64,000 nucleotides of DNA from a bacterium (lineage in GTDB: Bacteria; Electryoneota; Electryoneia; Electryoneales; Electryoneaceae): the NCBI GenBank assembly GCA_963669175.1, contig OY769902.1, forward strand, positions 512,001-576,000, written 5' to 3'. Both the position numbers and the translations under genes were made by a program. Below, in pieces: positions 51,144 to 61,030 of this stretch; position 1 is the stretch's first letter, and each line of letters opens with the position of its first letter. Below the pieces are notes generated by a model. The model had not been told where the DNA came from, made no database searches, and saw nothing but the letters and a program-made list of their open reading frames with translations.

Positions 51144-52028
51144 ATGGCAACCCCGGAACTGACGTGTAACGCCTGCCATGACGGATCAATCGACTGGAAC
51201 ACTCTCACCTGTTCATCCTGCGGGCATACGCTTGCGGTTGAAGATGGTGTCATCATGTACAGCGATATTCGCAATGAGGACGACTATCCTGAGGAGATGA
51301 CCGACGCCTTGGTAGGAGTCCAGGATAAACACTTCTGGCATACGTCGCGCAACCTGTGGTTGCGTGCCTGTATGATAGATATCATGCGGTACAATCCTCA
51401 TCCTACGTTCCTGGAAATGGGTTGCGGCACTGGGTTTGTCACGCATGCCATTGAAAAACTGGGTGTGGATGCTGTCGGCTCGGATATGTATGCCTATGGC
51501 CTGAAACTGGGCGCAACCTATACCGACAGCCCCCTGGTCAGTGCGACGATTGACCAGTTGGCGTTCCGGGACAACTTTGATGTGGTGGGGCTGTTTGATG
51601 TCATCGAGCACCTTGATGATGATCTTGCTGCGCTTCGCCATGCTACGACCTACCTGAAACCGGGAGGCCACCTGCTTATCACTGTTCCCGCCATGCAGGG
51701 ATTGTGGTCACGTTTTGATGAGGACCAGGGGCATAAACGCAGATATAACAGGGACAAGCTACTTACTGTATTGCAGCAGGCGGGATTTGAACCGGAACAT
51801 ACGACCTACCTGTACAGCTTTGCTTTGCCCATGGTCGCCCTGCAACGACTGGTTGTACAACGAACGCCGAAAAAGAAATTACATGACTACCTTCGTCCCC
51901 CGGCAGCACCGATAAATTCTATCCTGAAACAACTGGCAGTCCTGGAATTGCGGCTGCATTATGCACTGGGGAAACGTGCTTATCCTTTCGGAACATCGCT
52001 GCTTTGTGTGGCGAAGATGAAAGGGTGA
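51144..52028 (+). CDS. Class I SAM methyltransferase
   Basis: HFW..SR, EMGCGTG, FDVIEH, ITVPA..GLWS..D...GHKRRY. Confidence 0.88.
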   Translation: MATPELTCNACHDGSIDWNTLTCSSCGHTLAVEDGVIMYSDIRNEDDYPEEMTDALVGVQDKHFWHTSRNLWLRACMIDIMRYNPHPTFLEMGCGTGFVTHAIEKLGVDAVGSDMYAYGLKLGATYTDSPLVSATIDQLAFRDNFDVVGLFDVIEHLDDDLAALRHATTYLKPGGHLLITVPAMQGLWSRFDEDQGHKRRYNRDKLLTVLQQAGFEPEHTTYLYSFALPMVALQRLVVQRTPKKKLHDYLRPPAAPINSILKQLAVLELRLHYALGKRAYPFGTSLLCVAKMKG

Positions 52029-52048
52029 GGAAAAAGGACGGAGCAGCA

Positions 52049-53920
52049 ATGCCCGGTTTTATATTCAGGTTGAAATCGTTGGAGGTCGTATTCGCAGCCC
52101 TCATTTTCGGCTGCCTTGCCACCTTCAGCGAGCTCTACATGTATGGCGATGCCGGGGCAAACTTTATTGAATATCTCCCGGTCATCCAGCGTTTGAATGA
52201 CTCTTCCCTGTATCCCGTTGACTTCTACGTCAAAGAAGCGGTCGGGTTTTCCGTGCGCACTTATACCCTGCAAACCCTTGCATGGTTGTCTCAGGCATTG
52301 CCGTTGTACCTGGTCGTGTTAATTGCAGTCCTATTGGGAAACAGCCTGATCATGGGCGTGGTGTTCCTGATCGGGCGTGACCTGTTCCGTGATGACCGTT
52401 ATATCCTGACCGGGATGGCCTTTCTTGGGGCACTCAAGGGCATCAGCTTGGGCTGGGCTACATTTGCCATCTGGCACGAGTTCAACCAGGCAACCTATTC
52501 TGAAGTTTTCGCCCTTCTGGCACTCTGGCAAGGCTTGCGTAACCGTTCGCTTCCCGCCATCCTGTTTTCCATGGCAGCCGTAGCGATTCACCCAGTCATG
52601 GGTTTCTTGTCCGGAGGTGCGATTCTGTCCATGATGACCCTCAACCGCCTGTGGCTGGCCTGGGTACATCGTTCAGATGGCGCGTTGGTCAACTCCGCAG
52701 GAAGAGTGCTCGCGCCAGTTGGCGGGATGGCGTTGTTGATGGCGGTCTTATATGGCCTGTACATGGGCAGGTTTGCTTCTGAACCGACCAACGACCTTTT
52801 CTTCTATATCACCTTCTACTTGCGTGCTTCCCATCATTATGTGCCTTCGCATTTTATGATGCGAGATTGGGTGTTATTGCCCTTCTTCCTGCTGGGCTTT
52901 GGGCTGGCCTTTCTTGATTGGCGCAGACGTGAGGGCAATCATCACCCGATGCTGCTTCCCCTGTTTTTACTGATGCTGGTCGTGTTTGCGGGATTGGTGG
53001 TTGGGTATGCCGGAGTGGAGATTTTGCCGATCCAATCTATCGCTTCCGCCCAGTTGTATCGTCTGCTTTACCTGGTGAACCTGCTAGGGCTGATTTTCGC
53101 GGGACGTTCCGCTGCGGCCTGGCTGTTCACTGCCGAAAGCAAACCGCAACGCATCAGCGCCGGGTTGCTGTTCCTGGGCAATTACAATATTCAACCCATA
53201 GCCTACAGTTTTTCCCACCTTGGCGAGTATGCCGGACGGTGGCTTGGACGGAAATACGGGAAACCGGGTGAATGGGGACCACGGATCGCGGCGGGACTGG
53301 TTATCGTAGCGGGATGGGTGGTCATCTCGGTGCGTATCCGTGAAACGATCTTCCTGGCTATCCTTTTCGGCCTCGTCCTGCTGATCAATGCACTGGCCGC
53401 CAAATCCTGGCGAATGGTCGTGCCCACCCTGCTGGCTGCAATGATTTTTACAAGTCTTGTTGCCTTCCGTACATCGCTTCCCTTTGATCAACATATCGCC
53501 AACATTCGTATCGAGGATGGCGACTACCCGTTGGATGATGTCGCTCTGTGGGCACGTGAAAATACACCAGTTGACGCCTTGTTTATTACCCCCAGTAAAA
53601 GCGCCAGATTTCGCCTGGTGGCCCAACGCTCCATCGTGGTCGATTTTAAATGTTTCCCCTTCCAGGCTTCCGCCGCGCTGGACTGGTATCAACGCCTGGT
53701 GGACATCCACGGTGAACCGGACGGCCTCGGCTTTACCGCCATGAACAACTGGGATGAACGCTACCACGATATCACAGACGATAAGTTGCGTGAGCTTGGG
53801 TCTCAGTTCAATGCGGGATACGCGGTCCTCTTCAAGGATACCGATACGGCCTTGCCGGTGCTGGTAGAAGGGAATGAGTTTAAGATTGTACGGATTGAAG
53901 AGCCTTCGCAGGAACCGTGA
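52049..53920 (+). CDS. Polytopic membrane protein (DUF6798-like, GT-C-like topology)
   Basis: Many TM segments, DFY, HP, R.SHHY, WARENTP.DALFITP, FR..AQRSIVVDFK..P, W..R. Confidence 0.65.
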   Translation: MPGFIFRLKSLEVVFAALIFGCLATFSELYMYGDAGANFIEYLPVIQRLNDSSLYPVDFYVKEAVGFSVRTYTLQTLAWLSQALPLYLVVLIAVLLGNSLIMGVVFLIGRDLFRDDRYILTGMAFLGALKGISLGWATFAIWHEFNQATYSEVFALLALWQGLRNRSLPAILFSMAAVAIHPVMGFLSGGAILSMMTLNRLWLAWVHRSDGALVNSAGRVLAPVGGMALLMAVLYGLYMGRFASEPTNDLFFYITFYLRASHHYVPSHFMMRDWVLLPFFLLGFGLAFLDWRRREGNHHPMLLPLFLLMLVVFAGLVVGYAGVEILPIQSIASAQLYRLLYLVNLLGLIFAGRSAAAWLFTAESKPQRISAGLLFLGNYNIQPIAYSFSHLGEYAGRWLGRKYGKPGEWGPRIAAGLVIVAGWVVISVRIRETIFLAILFGLVLLINALAAKSWRMVVPTLLAAMIFTSLVAFRTSLPFDQHIANIRIEDGDYPLDDVALWARENTPVDALFITPSKSARFRLVAQRSIVVDFKCFPFQASAALDWYQRLVDIHGEPDGLGFTAMNNWDERYHDITDDKLRELGSQFNAGYAVLFKDTDTALPVLVEGNEFKIVRIEEPSQEP

Positions 53921-54217
53921 TTCGGTTGTTACAAAGTTATCACGTTTGAAAGTTGAAAAGTATTCTGGGTCTCGACAGAAATGTCCCGTTCTGTCATCCC
54001 TAAGGCAGAGCCTGTCCCCGAAAAATTGAAACCCTACAGTGATCCCTGCCTGAACGGGGAGTCGGGCCACTCGCCCATCCACTTCTGTCTTCCACTTAAA
54101 AGCGATTTCCACCCACCCCGATGGGGTGGAACACGAATAGCGCGGGGTGTAAACCCTGTCTCTTACCCACATCTTCTGAAAGCTGTATCAGTAAAAGAGT
54201 TGTGGACATAGCATTTT

Positions 54218-54521
54218 TAGAATCCCGGCGGGATTCCCTATTTTAGCATAGTGTACAGGCCGTCTGTTTGGCCTGTACACTATGTCAGGTATTCTAACGA
54301 ATAATCAACCCTGGAAGGGTTGCATAATACGCGATTCATATTAGTACGTTCAATAAATACAGGAAATAACGCATTTTATATTCTATACAAACCAATTGGG
54401 TGTAAATTATACGTTATGCAACCCTTCCAGGGTTGAGATAAGGTTTGATCTTTTTCGTAGGGTAGACGCTAAACAGACAGCGTCAACCCTACGCTAAAAT
54501 ATACCACCCCCTCTGGGGTGG
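54218..54521. repeat. Family E REPIN-like element (copy 2), embedded in further palindromes (54109-54735)
   Basis: Arms near-identical to 5742-6037, core diverged. Confidence 0.85.
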
Positions 54522-54946
54522 CAGAAACACGAAGATGTGAGCAAGAGACAGGGTGTAAACCCCGGGAGAACAGTCACCGTCCCCCTCCCACGATCCCGAA
54601 GGGATCGCACAACATTTTGGGAATAGGTGGTTTATTCATGTGAGTCCCCTTCGGGGACAGGTCATGGGTGAAACATCCTATTCCCCGGCACTTACGTACC
54701 GCGCTATTCAAGTGGTTCACCTTCGGTGAACTGGATTTGTCCGTAGTTCTGGATTACAATCCGATACAGCTTGTGCGATGAGAGAACAAAGTGCGGTTGG
54801 GTGGATCAAAATAGTGGACGAATCACATGAATCGATGGATACTGATCTGCGCATCATCGTTCAGGACAAAGCGCATCCCTAATTCCTAATTCCTAATTGG
54901 CAACCTGTCAATTCCTAATTCCTCATTCTTAATTTCTAATTGACAC

Positions 54947-56068
54947 TCACCGCGGTTGTTTCATCTGTTCATCATACAGGTGCAGCGCGGCGGTGGCGAC
55001 TTCCATGGGATCGATGGCGTTCAGGTCTCCGATAGCGGATTGGGAACCGCCACGGAAAACAATCGCCGGTTCATCGGATACCGGCCACCAGCGCCAGGGA
55101 ACAGTCGGGCCCATAGTGGAAACAGTCGGTACGCCCAAGGCAGCGGCGAGATGTAACGGTCCCGTATTGTTGCAGACCACGACACTCGACGCGGCGAGCA
55201 TATCCATAAACGTAGTCATGGGAGGCGCGATCACCAACGGCGCGGCTTCCAGCTCGATCAGACGTTCGCCCATGTCACGTTCGCCCGGACCGACAATCAC
55301 TGCCACATCCACACCTTTGCGTTGCAGGACACGCATGACCATCGCGAAGGACTGCAACGCCCACCGCTGGGACGGGAAATGAGCGCCCGGCATGATGACC
55401 ACCGGGTCTTGCAGGTGTAGCTCGGACCATTTCTCGTGCCCTCGGGCCAACCGGTCTTCTCCGCTGGGCAGACGTGGAATCGCATCTTCCGACATGGCCC
55501 CGATAGAAGCCGTGAGTTTCAAGTAAACTTCACGAGTCGGTAACGTGATCGGAGGAGGAGCTACCGCATGCGTATAATAGACGCCACGTCCCCCGCGATC
55601 CATGCCGACCCGGTTGGGGATACGTGATTTTTTCAACATCCGGGCGATCTTCAATTCCACCCGTCCGGTCAGGTCCACCACCAGGTCAAAGCCGCCATAC
55701 TTCTGCTGTAATCCCACCAGCGCCTCAGGGGGCGCAACATCTCCCCACCCGGCCCCGGCGAAAAGGTCTTTGGCGAAGGGTGGCGCTACCAGGGTACGTT
55801 TTGCCTGGGGGAATTGACGTCGCAGCGCGCTCAACGCCGGTTCGGCCAAAATCAGATCACCCAGCCTTTCCAACTGTATCACCAGCAGGGACGAAACGTG
55901 GTCCCGCGACAGGATCGGTCCCGGCCCCGGTTTGCCGTGAATGGTACGCAGCCATTTTTTACGGAGGCCGTACGCGAATCGTCCACGCCAGTGGGTTGAA
56001 TCAAGGGTGCGTGTATCTTCCGGCGGGGGCGGCATGCTGTCGCCGAAATCCTTCCAGCGGTCACTCAT
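54947..56068 (-). CDS. GT9 (heptosyltransferase) family glycosyltransferase
   Basis: LGDLIL, PGA....RW, NNTGPLHLAAALGVPTV..GPT...W.P. Confidence 0.88.
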   Translation of the reverse strand: MSDRWKDFGDSMPPPPEDTRTLDSTHWRGRFAYGLRKKWLRTIHGKPGPGPILSRDHVSSLLVIQLERLGDLILAEPALSALRRQFPQAKRTLVAPPFAKDLFAGAGWGDVAPPEALVGLQQKYGGFDLVVDLTGRVELKIARMLKKSRIPNRVGMDRGGRGVYYTHAVAPPPITLPTREVYLKLTASIGAMSEDAIPRLPSGEDRLARGHEKWSELHLQDPVVIMPGAHFPSQRWALQSFAMVMRVLQRKGVDVAVIVGPGERDMGERLIELEAAPLVIAPPMTTFMDMLAASSVVVCNNTGPLHLAAALGVPTVSTMGPTVPWRWWPVSDEPAIVFRGGSQSAIGDLNAIDPMEVATAALHLYDEQMKQPR

Positions 56069-57192
56069 CGGCGTTCCTGCAACAGCTTGTCATACATGGC
56101 CATAATCTGCGTCGCCTGGTTCTCGAGGGTAAAATGATTTAACACATATTTCAGCGCTGCATTGCCCATACGTTCCCGTCGGTCGCTGTCGTTCGCCATT
56201 TCAGAAAGTGCGACCACCCAGGCTTTCCTGTCTTCCAGGGGCACCAGCACCCCGGTATGTTCACGGTAGACCGCTTCATTCACACCGGGAATATCGGACG
56301 CTACAGCAGGCAATCCGCAGGCCGCGCCTTCGATCAGCACACGTCCGAAGCCTTCTTCGGTCGAGGGCAGCACTACAAAATCCAGTCCGGGCAAAAGTTT
56401 TTCCGGGTCATCTACAAACCCGATCATCTTCACCCAGCGCGACAGGCCTTCATCTTCGATACGTCTTGCCAGACGCTCACGTTCCTCAACAGGCTGATCA
56501 CCAGCAAGCACGAGGCAGATATCCGGCGCACGTTCCAATACATCTTTCCACAGGTCCAGCAGGAAATCATGACGCTTCAACGGTACAAAGCCAGCCAGGA
56601 AACCGACCAGCACCTTCTTTCGTGGCAGGTCGAACGTCTTGCGAATTTCCAACTTCTCCGCTTTGGTGGCAGCAGGTTTGAACAGCTTGGTATCAACAGC
56701 ATTGTAAATGATGCGCAGCTTGGGCAGGGCGACAGGGAGATGAGTGAAGCGTCCGGACACAGCTTGTGTCACCGCGATCAGACGGTCCGCTTCCTGGGCC
56801 AGCAATTTGTCGGAGAAACCATCGGGCGTGTTTACCCGCAGGTGCATGACCAGTTTGGCCTGACCACGAACCCATGCGGCAAGGTGACAGTTCCGTGGCG
56901 CATCGGCATGAATCACGGCGGGACGGACATCCCGGATAATCTGACGCAACGCCAGCGCTCCGCGAAACAGACGCAACGGGTGACGTGGGCTGAACGGCGG
57001 CCAGTCAAGGGAATAAACGGCGACTTCACGATGGAACAGTTCTCGCGATAACGGGCCCGGTTCCGGTACGACCACATGCGGGCTAAACCGGTCCCGGTCG
57101 AGATGCTGAATCAAGTGCAGCAAACTGCGCTGCCCCCCTCGACTCAGGTCGGGCTTGGTGCTGAGGTACAGGATGGGGACCGGTCTGTTCAT
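56065..57192 (-). CDS. GT4 family glycosyltransferase
   Basis: GGQRS, IIYNAVD, KRH, LPS.EEGFG..LIE..ACGLP.VAS. Confidence 0.88.
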   Translation of the reverse strand: MNRPVPILYLSTKPDLSRGGQRSLLHLIQHLDRDRFSPHVVVPEPGPLSRELFHREVAVYSLDWPPFSPRHPLRLFRGALALRQIIRDVRPAVIHADAPRNCHLAAWVRGQAKLVMHLRVNTPDGFSDKLLAQEADRLIAVTQAVSGRFTHLPVALPKLRIIYNAVDTKLFKPAATKAEKLEIRKTFDLPRKKVLVGFLAGFVPLKRHDFLLDLWKDVLERAPDICLVLAGDQPVEERERLARRIEDEGLSRWVKMIGFVDDPEKLLPGLDFVVLPSTEEGFGRVLIEGAACGLPAVASDIPGVNEAVYREHTGVLVPLEDRKAWVVALSEMANDSDRRERMGNAALKYVLNHFTLENQATQIMAMYDKLLQERR

Positions 57193-57276
57193 GCGGATAA
57201 GATACGAAACAAGGGGCCGCCTTTCCGATAGGACGAGACTCTTTTTACCGCTCACTTCGCTCGCAGATTCCCACAT

Positions 57277-57600
57277 GGATTCACAAGGATGAACAGGATA
57301 TGAAGGATGGAAAGGATAAAAATTTTCAGGGGTGATTATGTCGACTATTATACAACAGTCCAACCGAAACCCGACAGCAAGCAGTCGGGCCACGCGTCAA
57401 ATGGATACTCACATTGAATTATAGGATCCCCGGTCAATACACCTCAGCATACAAGGCCGGGGATGACATGGGAACTGGGGTGAGGATGACATGGGATATG
57501 GCGCTAACGATGATAGAATGGGACATTACACTATATCACTGCTTATATCACTACCAACTTTCTTTTTTTCACTTTTTTCACTGTCAACTTTTTTCACTTA
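57277..57600. repeat. Mosaic spacer: family A, family F short, family H with insertion, ttttttcac runs
   Basis: Direct comparison. Confidence 0.8.
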
Positions 57601-57641
57601 ACAAACAAAAACCCCTGATGCCATATTTCAGGACCAGGGGC
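57601..57641 (-). terminator. Probable intrinsic terminator of secD-secF
   Basis: Minus strand cccctg...cagggg then tttttgtttgt. Confidence 0.65.
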
Positions 57642-57665
57642 TGAAAGTTCTATCAATCAGGGCGT

Positions 57666-58577
57666 TTACTTCTTGGCGCGTTTTTCCGGTTTCCAGTCAT
57701 TCCATTCGATCAGGATCGGGCTTGCGACGAAGATCGAGGAATAGGTACCGACGACCACACCGGCCAGCAGTGCGAACGCGAAGTCATGGATAACCATACC
57801 GCCGAAGATGTAGAGGACCAGCACTACGATCAAGGTCGTGCCTGAAGTCAGGATGGTACGGCTCAGGGTTTCGTTGATCGAGATGTTGATCTGGTCAAAG
57901 AGCGGCTTGGCGCGCAGCTTCTTGACATTTTCACGGATACGGTCGAACACCACGATGGTATCGTTCAGACTGTAACCGACGATCGTCAGGAAGGCGGCAA
58001 TGATCGACAGGCTGATTTCCAACCGTAGCAGGTTGAACAGGCCGAGTACGATCAAGACGTCATGCGCCAGGGCGATAATCGCAGCGATAGCGAAGCGGAA
58101 TTTAAACCGCCAGCTAAGATAGACCACGATGAACAGCAGCGCCCAGATAATCGCCATGAAAGCGGCTGTACGCAGTTCGTGACCGATTTTCGGACCGACC
58201 TGCTCAACGCTTAACTCTTCCGTGATGGGGTTTTCCGGGAACTTGGCGTTCAACTTGTCGCGTAATTCTTCCACGACCAGTTCGCCCTCTGCGGTCTGCT
58301 TGATGCGGACCAGCAGGTCTTCATAGCGTCCCTGCACCACTTTTTTCACTTCCGCATCGGGATAACCGATGTCGGCCAATGCTTCACGCATGTCGCCAAC
58401 AGGAAGCGGATTGTCGAAGCGGTAAATAATCTGCACGCCGCCTTCGAAATCAATGGAATAATTGGGGCCGATGAACAGGCTGACGATGCCCCACAGTACC
58501 AGTACGCCACTGATCACAAACATGATCCGGCGTTTGCCCTGGAAGTCGTAGTTCGTGTTGTTAAAGATCTGCAGCAT
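57666..58577 (-). CDS. secF: Protein translocase subunit SecF
   Basis: IDFEGG, VGP.IG.EL, ALAHDV, GYSLNDTIVVFDRIRE, GTYSSIFVA. Confidence 0.95.
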   Translation of the reverse strand: MLQIFNNTNYDFQGKRRIMFVISGVLVLWGIVSLFIGPNYSIDFEGGVQIIYRFDNPLPVGDMREALADIGYPDAEVKKVVQGRYEDLLVRIKQTAEGELVVEELRDKLNAKFPENPITEELSVEQVGPKIGHELRTAAFMAIIWALLFIVVYLSWRFKFRFAIAAIIALAHDVLIVLGLFNLLRLEISLSIIAAFLTIVGYSLNDTIVVFDRIRENVKKLRAKPLFDQINISINETLSRTILTSGTTLIVVLVLYIFGGMVIHDFAFALLAGVVVGTYSSIFVASPILIEWNDWKPEKRAKK

Positions 58578-58580
58578 GGC

Positions 58581-60701
58581 TCAGATACTCAAGTTCTTGA
58601 CCGTACGAGTGGTCGTGTACCAGTCGAATATCGCCCGTGTTACCACCAGTGCGGTGAACATGGAAGCGACAATCCCTATCATCAATGTCAGCGCGAATCC
58701 CTTGATCGGGCCGGTACCAAACTGGTACAGCACCACTGCCGCAATCAGGGTCGTCACGTTGGCGTCCATAATCGTAACAAACGCCCGGCCGTAGCCCATC
58801 TGAATCGAATTCCACACCGTCTTGCCGGAACGCAGTTCTTCACGAATACGCTCGAAAATCAGCACGTTCGCGTCAACCGCCATACCGACTGTCAGGATGA
58901 TACCCGCAATACCCGGCAACGTCAGCGTAAAGCTGAAGCCGGCAAGCACTGCCATCATGAACAGCAGGTTCAGCAGCAGTGCGATGTCGGCTACGAGTCC
59001 GCTGAAACGGTAGTAGATCGCCATGAAGACGATTACCAACGCCAATCCGATCAGTGCGCTGTACGCGCCCTTCTTGATCGAGTCAGCGCCCAGGCTCGGC
59101 CCGACGGTTCGTTCTTCGTCAATCTGTACCGGAGCGGGCAACGAACCGGAATTCAGCACAATCATCAGGTCTTCAGCTTCTTCCATGCTTTCCATACCTT
59201 CGATGATCGCCTGACCGTTCGGAATCCGTGTGTTGATACGCGGGGCCATGTGGACTTTGTCATCCAGCACGATGGACAGGTGCTCGCCTACGTTCGCCTC
59301 GGTGATCCGTGCGAACTCACGTGCGCCTTCACGTTTCATGCTGAGGTTGACAATCGCCTCACCGGCGCGCCCGGGATCGTTGGAGCCGGAATTGTAGTTG
59401 ACCGAAGCCTCTTCCAACGCGTCACCGGTAAGGGAGGCTCGGGAAGCAACCAGGTACAGCCAGTGGAAGGTCTGACCTTCACGCTCGACTGCCTTGTTGC
59501 CCCACAGGAATTCCCATTCGGAAGGAATCGCGTTCTGGACTTCTTCACGGCTCAGGAAACGCTTCACCATGTTCACGTTGCGCTCGGATACGATGATCTG
59601 ACGATCAACGCTGGTCAGCAACGAGGTGAAGGGGTGTTCCTTGTCTAACGTGATCGCTGTATCAGCAGCAGCTTCTTCGTCTTCCGCTGCGAACATGTCG
59701 TCGATCAGGTCGGCGTTGCCAGTGTCCGCAGTAGCATCCTGCATGGTTTCCGGCGCGCCGAAAATTTCATCTTCAACGGCAGACAACTGCGCATCTTCCG
59801 GTGTGGCTTCCGCGTCGGCTGTTTCCGGTGCGTCCATGACAGCTTCATCGCCAAACGCTTCCACATCTTCCGAATTCGCCAGCAGCTTGTCCAGGTCTTC
59901 CAGCACCTTTACGGTGACTTCAACCGGGGCAACCAGCTTGAACTCGAGCAGCGCGGTACGGCCGATCAGGGAATGTGCACGGGCGGGATCCTGAATACCC
60001 GGCAGCTCCATGAGGATACGACGTTCGCCCTGGATCGTGATGGAAGGTTCGCTGACACCGAACTGGTCAACACGGTTGGCCAGGATAGTACGTGCGCGAA
60101 CAACCGCCTTCTCCGCCTCGTCCATCAACTGACTGAAGATGAACTCGTCAGACTGGTTGGGATCGCCGAAGTACTTGGCAAGGGGGACACCCTTCGCTTC
60201 GAACGTGCCCATGACCACCGTCTTGAAGTCAGCAGTAGGATCTTCGAGCTGTTCCTTGATAGTAGCGGTCAGTTCCTTGTATTCCTTGCTCTGGTTGTCA
60301 CGCGCCAGATGATCCATCAGCTCGACAACATCTACTTCAAGAACGAGGTACATCCCGCCCTGGAGGTCCAGACCCAGCTTGATCGCCCCGTTCTGAGCAT
60401 CAGCGAATCCCTTGTAGAAATCGCCACGCATGGACTGGACTTCCGAAGCCAGCTCGTTACGGACCTGCGGATCGACTTCCTCACGGTGACGTATGTCAGA
60501 CGCGAGGTCATAATCCATCTGGAATATCTTATCCTTCAGGAGGGTCGAGGAAATACCGCTCTTGTCACTCATTGCCGTAATTCGCTCGTTCAGCTCTTTG
60601 TTGAGCACGAGCGTTTGCGCGGTTGGGATCAAATAATAGACCGCCAGAACCACTAGCGCGAGGATGATCAGCGCCCGGAATAGTTGGTTTCTTCGTTGCA
60701 T
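58581..60701 (-). CDS. secD: Protein translocase subunit SecD
   Basis: LGLDLQGG, RVDQFGVSEP, GSLPAP, VGPSLG, LTLPGIAG, GMAVDANVLIFERIREE. Confidence 0.95.
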   Translation of the reverse strand: MQRRNQLFRALIILALVVLAVYYLIPTAQTLVLNKELNERITAMSDKSGISSTLLKDKIFQMDYDLASDIRHREEVDPQVRNELASEVQSMRGDFYKGFADAQNGAIKLGLDLQGGMYLVLEVDVVELMDHLARDNQSKEYKELTATIKEQLEDPTADFKTVVMGTFEAKGVPLAKYFGDPNQSDEFIFSQLMDEAEKAVVRARTILANRVDQFGVSEPSITIQGERRILMELPGIQDPARAHSLIGRTALLEFKLVAPVEVTVKVLEDLDKLLANSEDVEAFGDEAVMDAPETADAEATPEDAQLSAVEDEIFGAPETMQDATADTGNADLIDDMFAAEDEEAAADTAITLDKEHPFTSLLTSVDRQIIVSERNVNMVKRFLSREEVQNAIPSEWEFLWGNKAVEREGQTFHWLYLVASRASLTGDALEEASVNYNSGSNDPGRAGEAIVNLSMKREGAREFARITEANVGEHLSIVLDDKVHMAPRINTRIPNGQAIIEGMESMEEAEDLMIVLNSGSLPAPVQIDEERTVGPSLGADSIKKGAYSALIGLALVIVFMAIYYRFSGLVADIALLLNLLFMMAVLAGFSFTLTLPGIAGIILTVGMAVDANVLIFERIREELRSGKTVWNSIQMGYGRAFVTIMDANVTTLIAAVVLYQFGTGPIKGFALTLMIGIVASMFTALVVTRAIFDWYTTTRTVKNLSI

Positions 60702-60774
60702 CGCTGCAGCGCCTTGCTTCAGTTCTCGCCGCTCCAGGAGCGACCGCCATTTATCTTACCAGCTAACCTTACGT

Positions 60775-60811
60775 AAAACAAAAACCTGTCCGAGCAATAT
60801 CCGGGACAGGC
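60775..60811 (-). terminator. Terminator-like hairpin upstream of secD on the same strand
   Basis: Minus strand cctgtcc...ggacagg then tttttgtttt. Confidence 0.5.
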
Positions 60812-61030
60812 CCTGTTATTACGGAACTTCGAAATATAGGGGCGGAACCTATTGGAGTCAATAAAAATAACCCAATGGCTCTGCTTGAGCGCCGTTTATG
60901 AATAATCTGCTTGGCTACATGGCTACTCTACGTGAGCGCAACGGTATCCTACCTACACTTGTCTTGAGTGCAGTTGCATCCCCGGCTACCATTTTTCACG
61001 GACAGCTTTTTACATTATGGAAGAACAATA

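Noticed and set aside
54540-54880. tRNA or known ncRNA in palindrome-rich spacers
   Set aside because: No cloverleaf with T-loop and D-loop consensus was recognised; the hairpins belong to REP-like families
27865-57393. Long N-terminal extensions in the ORF track (27865, 31928, 34317, 36772, 46373, 57393)
   Set aside because: They run through repeats or leaders, while downstream ATGs match the family N-termini and mostly have SD sequences; unlike the 61648 case, the repeat is not needed to supply a signal peptide
609-60656. Numerous long antisense or overlapping ORFs (e.g. 2253-3677, 34731-35825, 45249-46292)
   Set aside because: They are shadows of GC-rich genes on the opposite strand with no recognisable motifs
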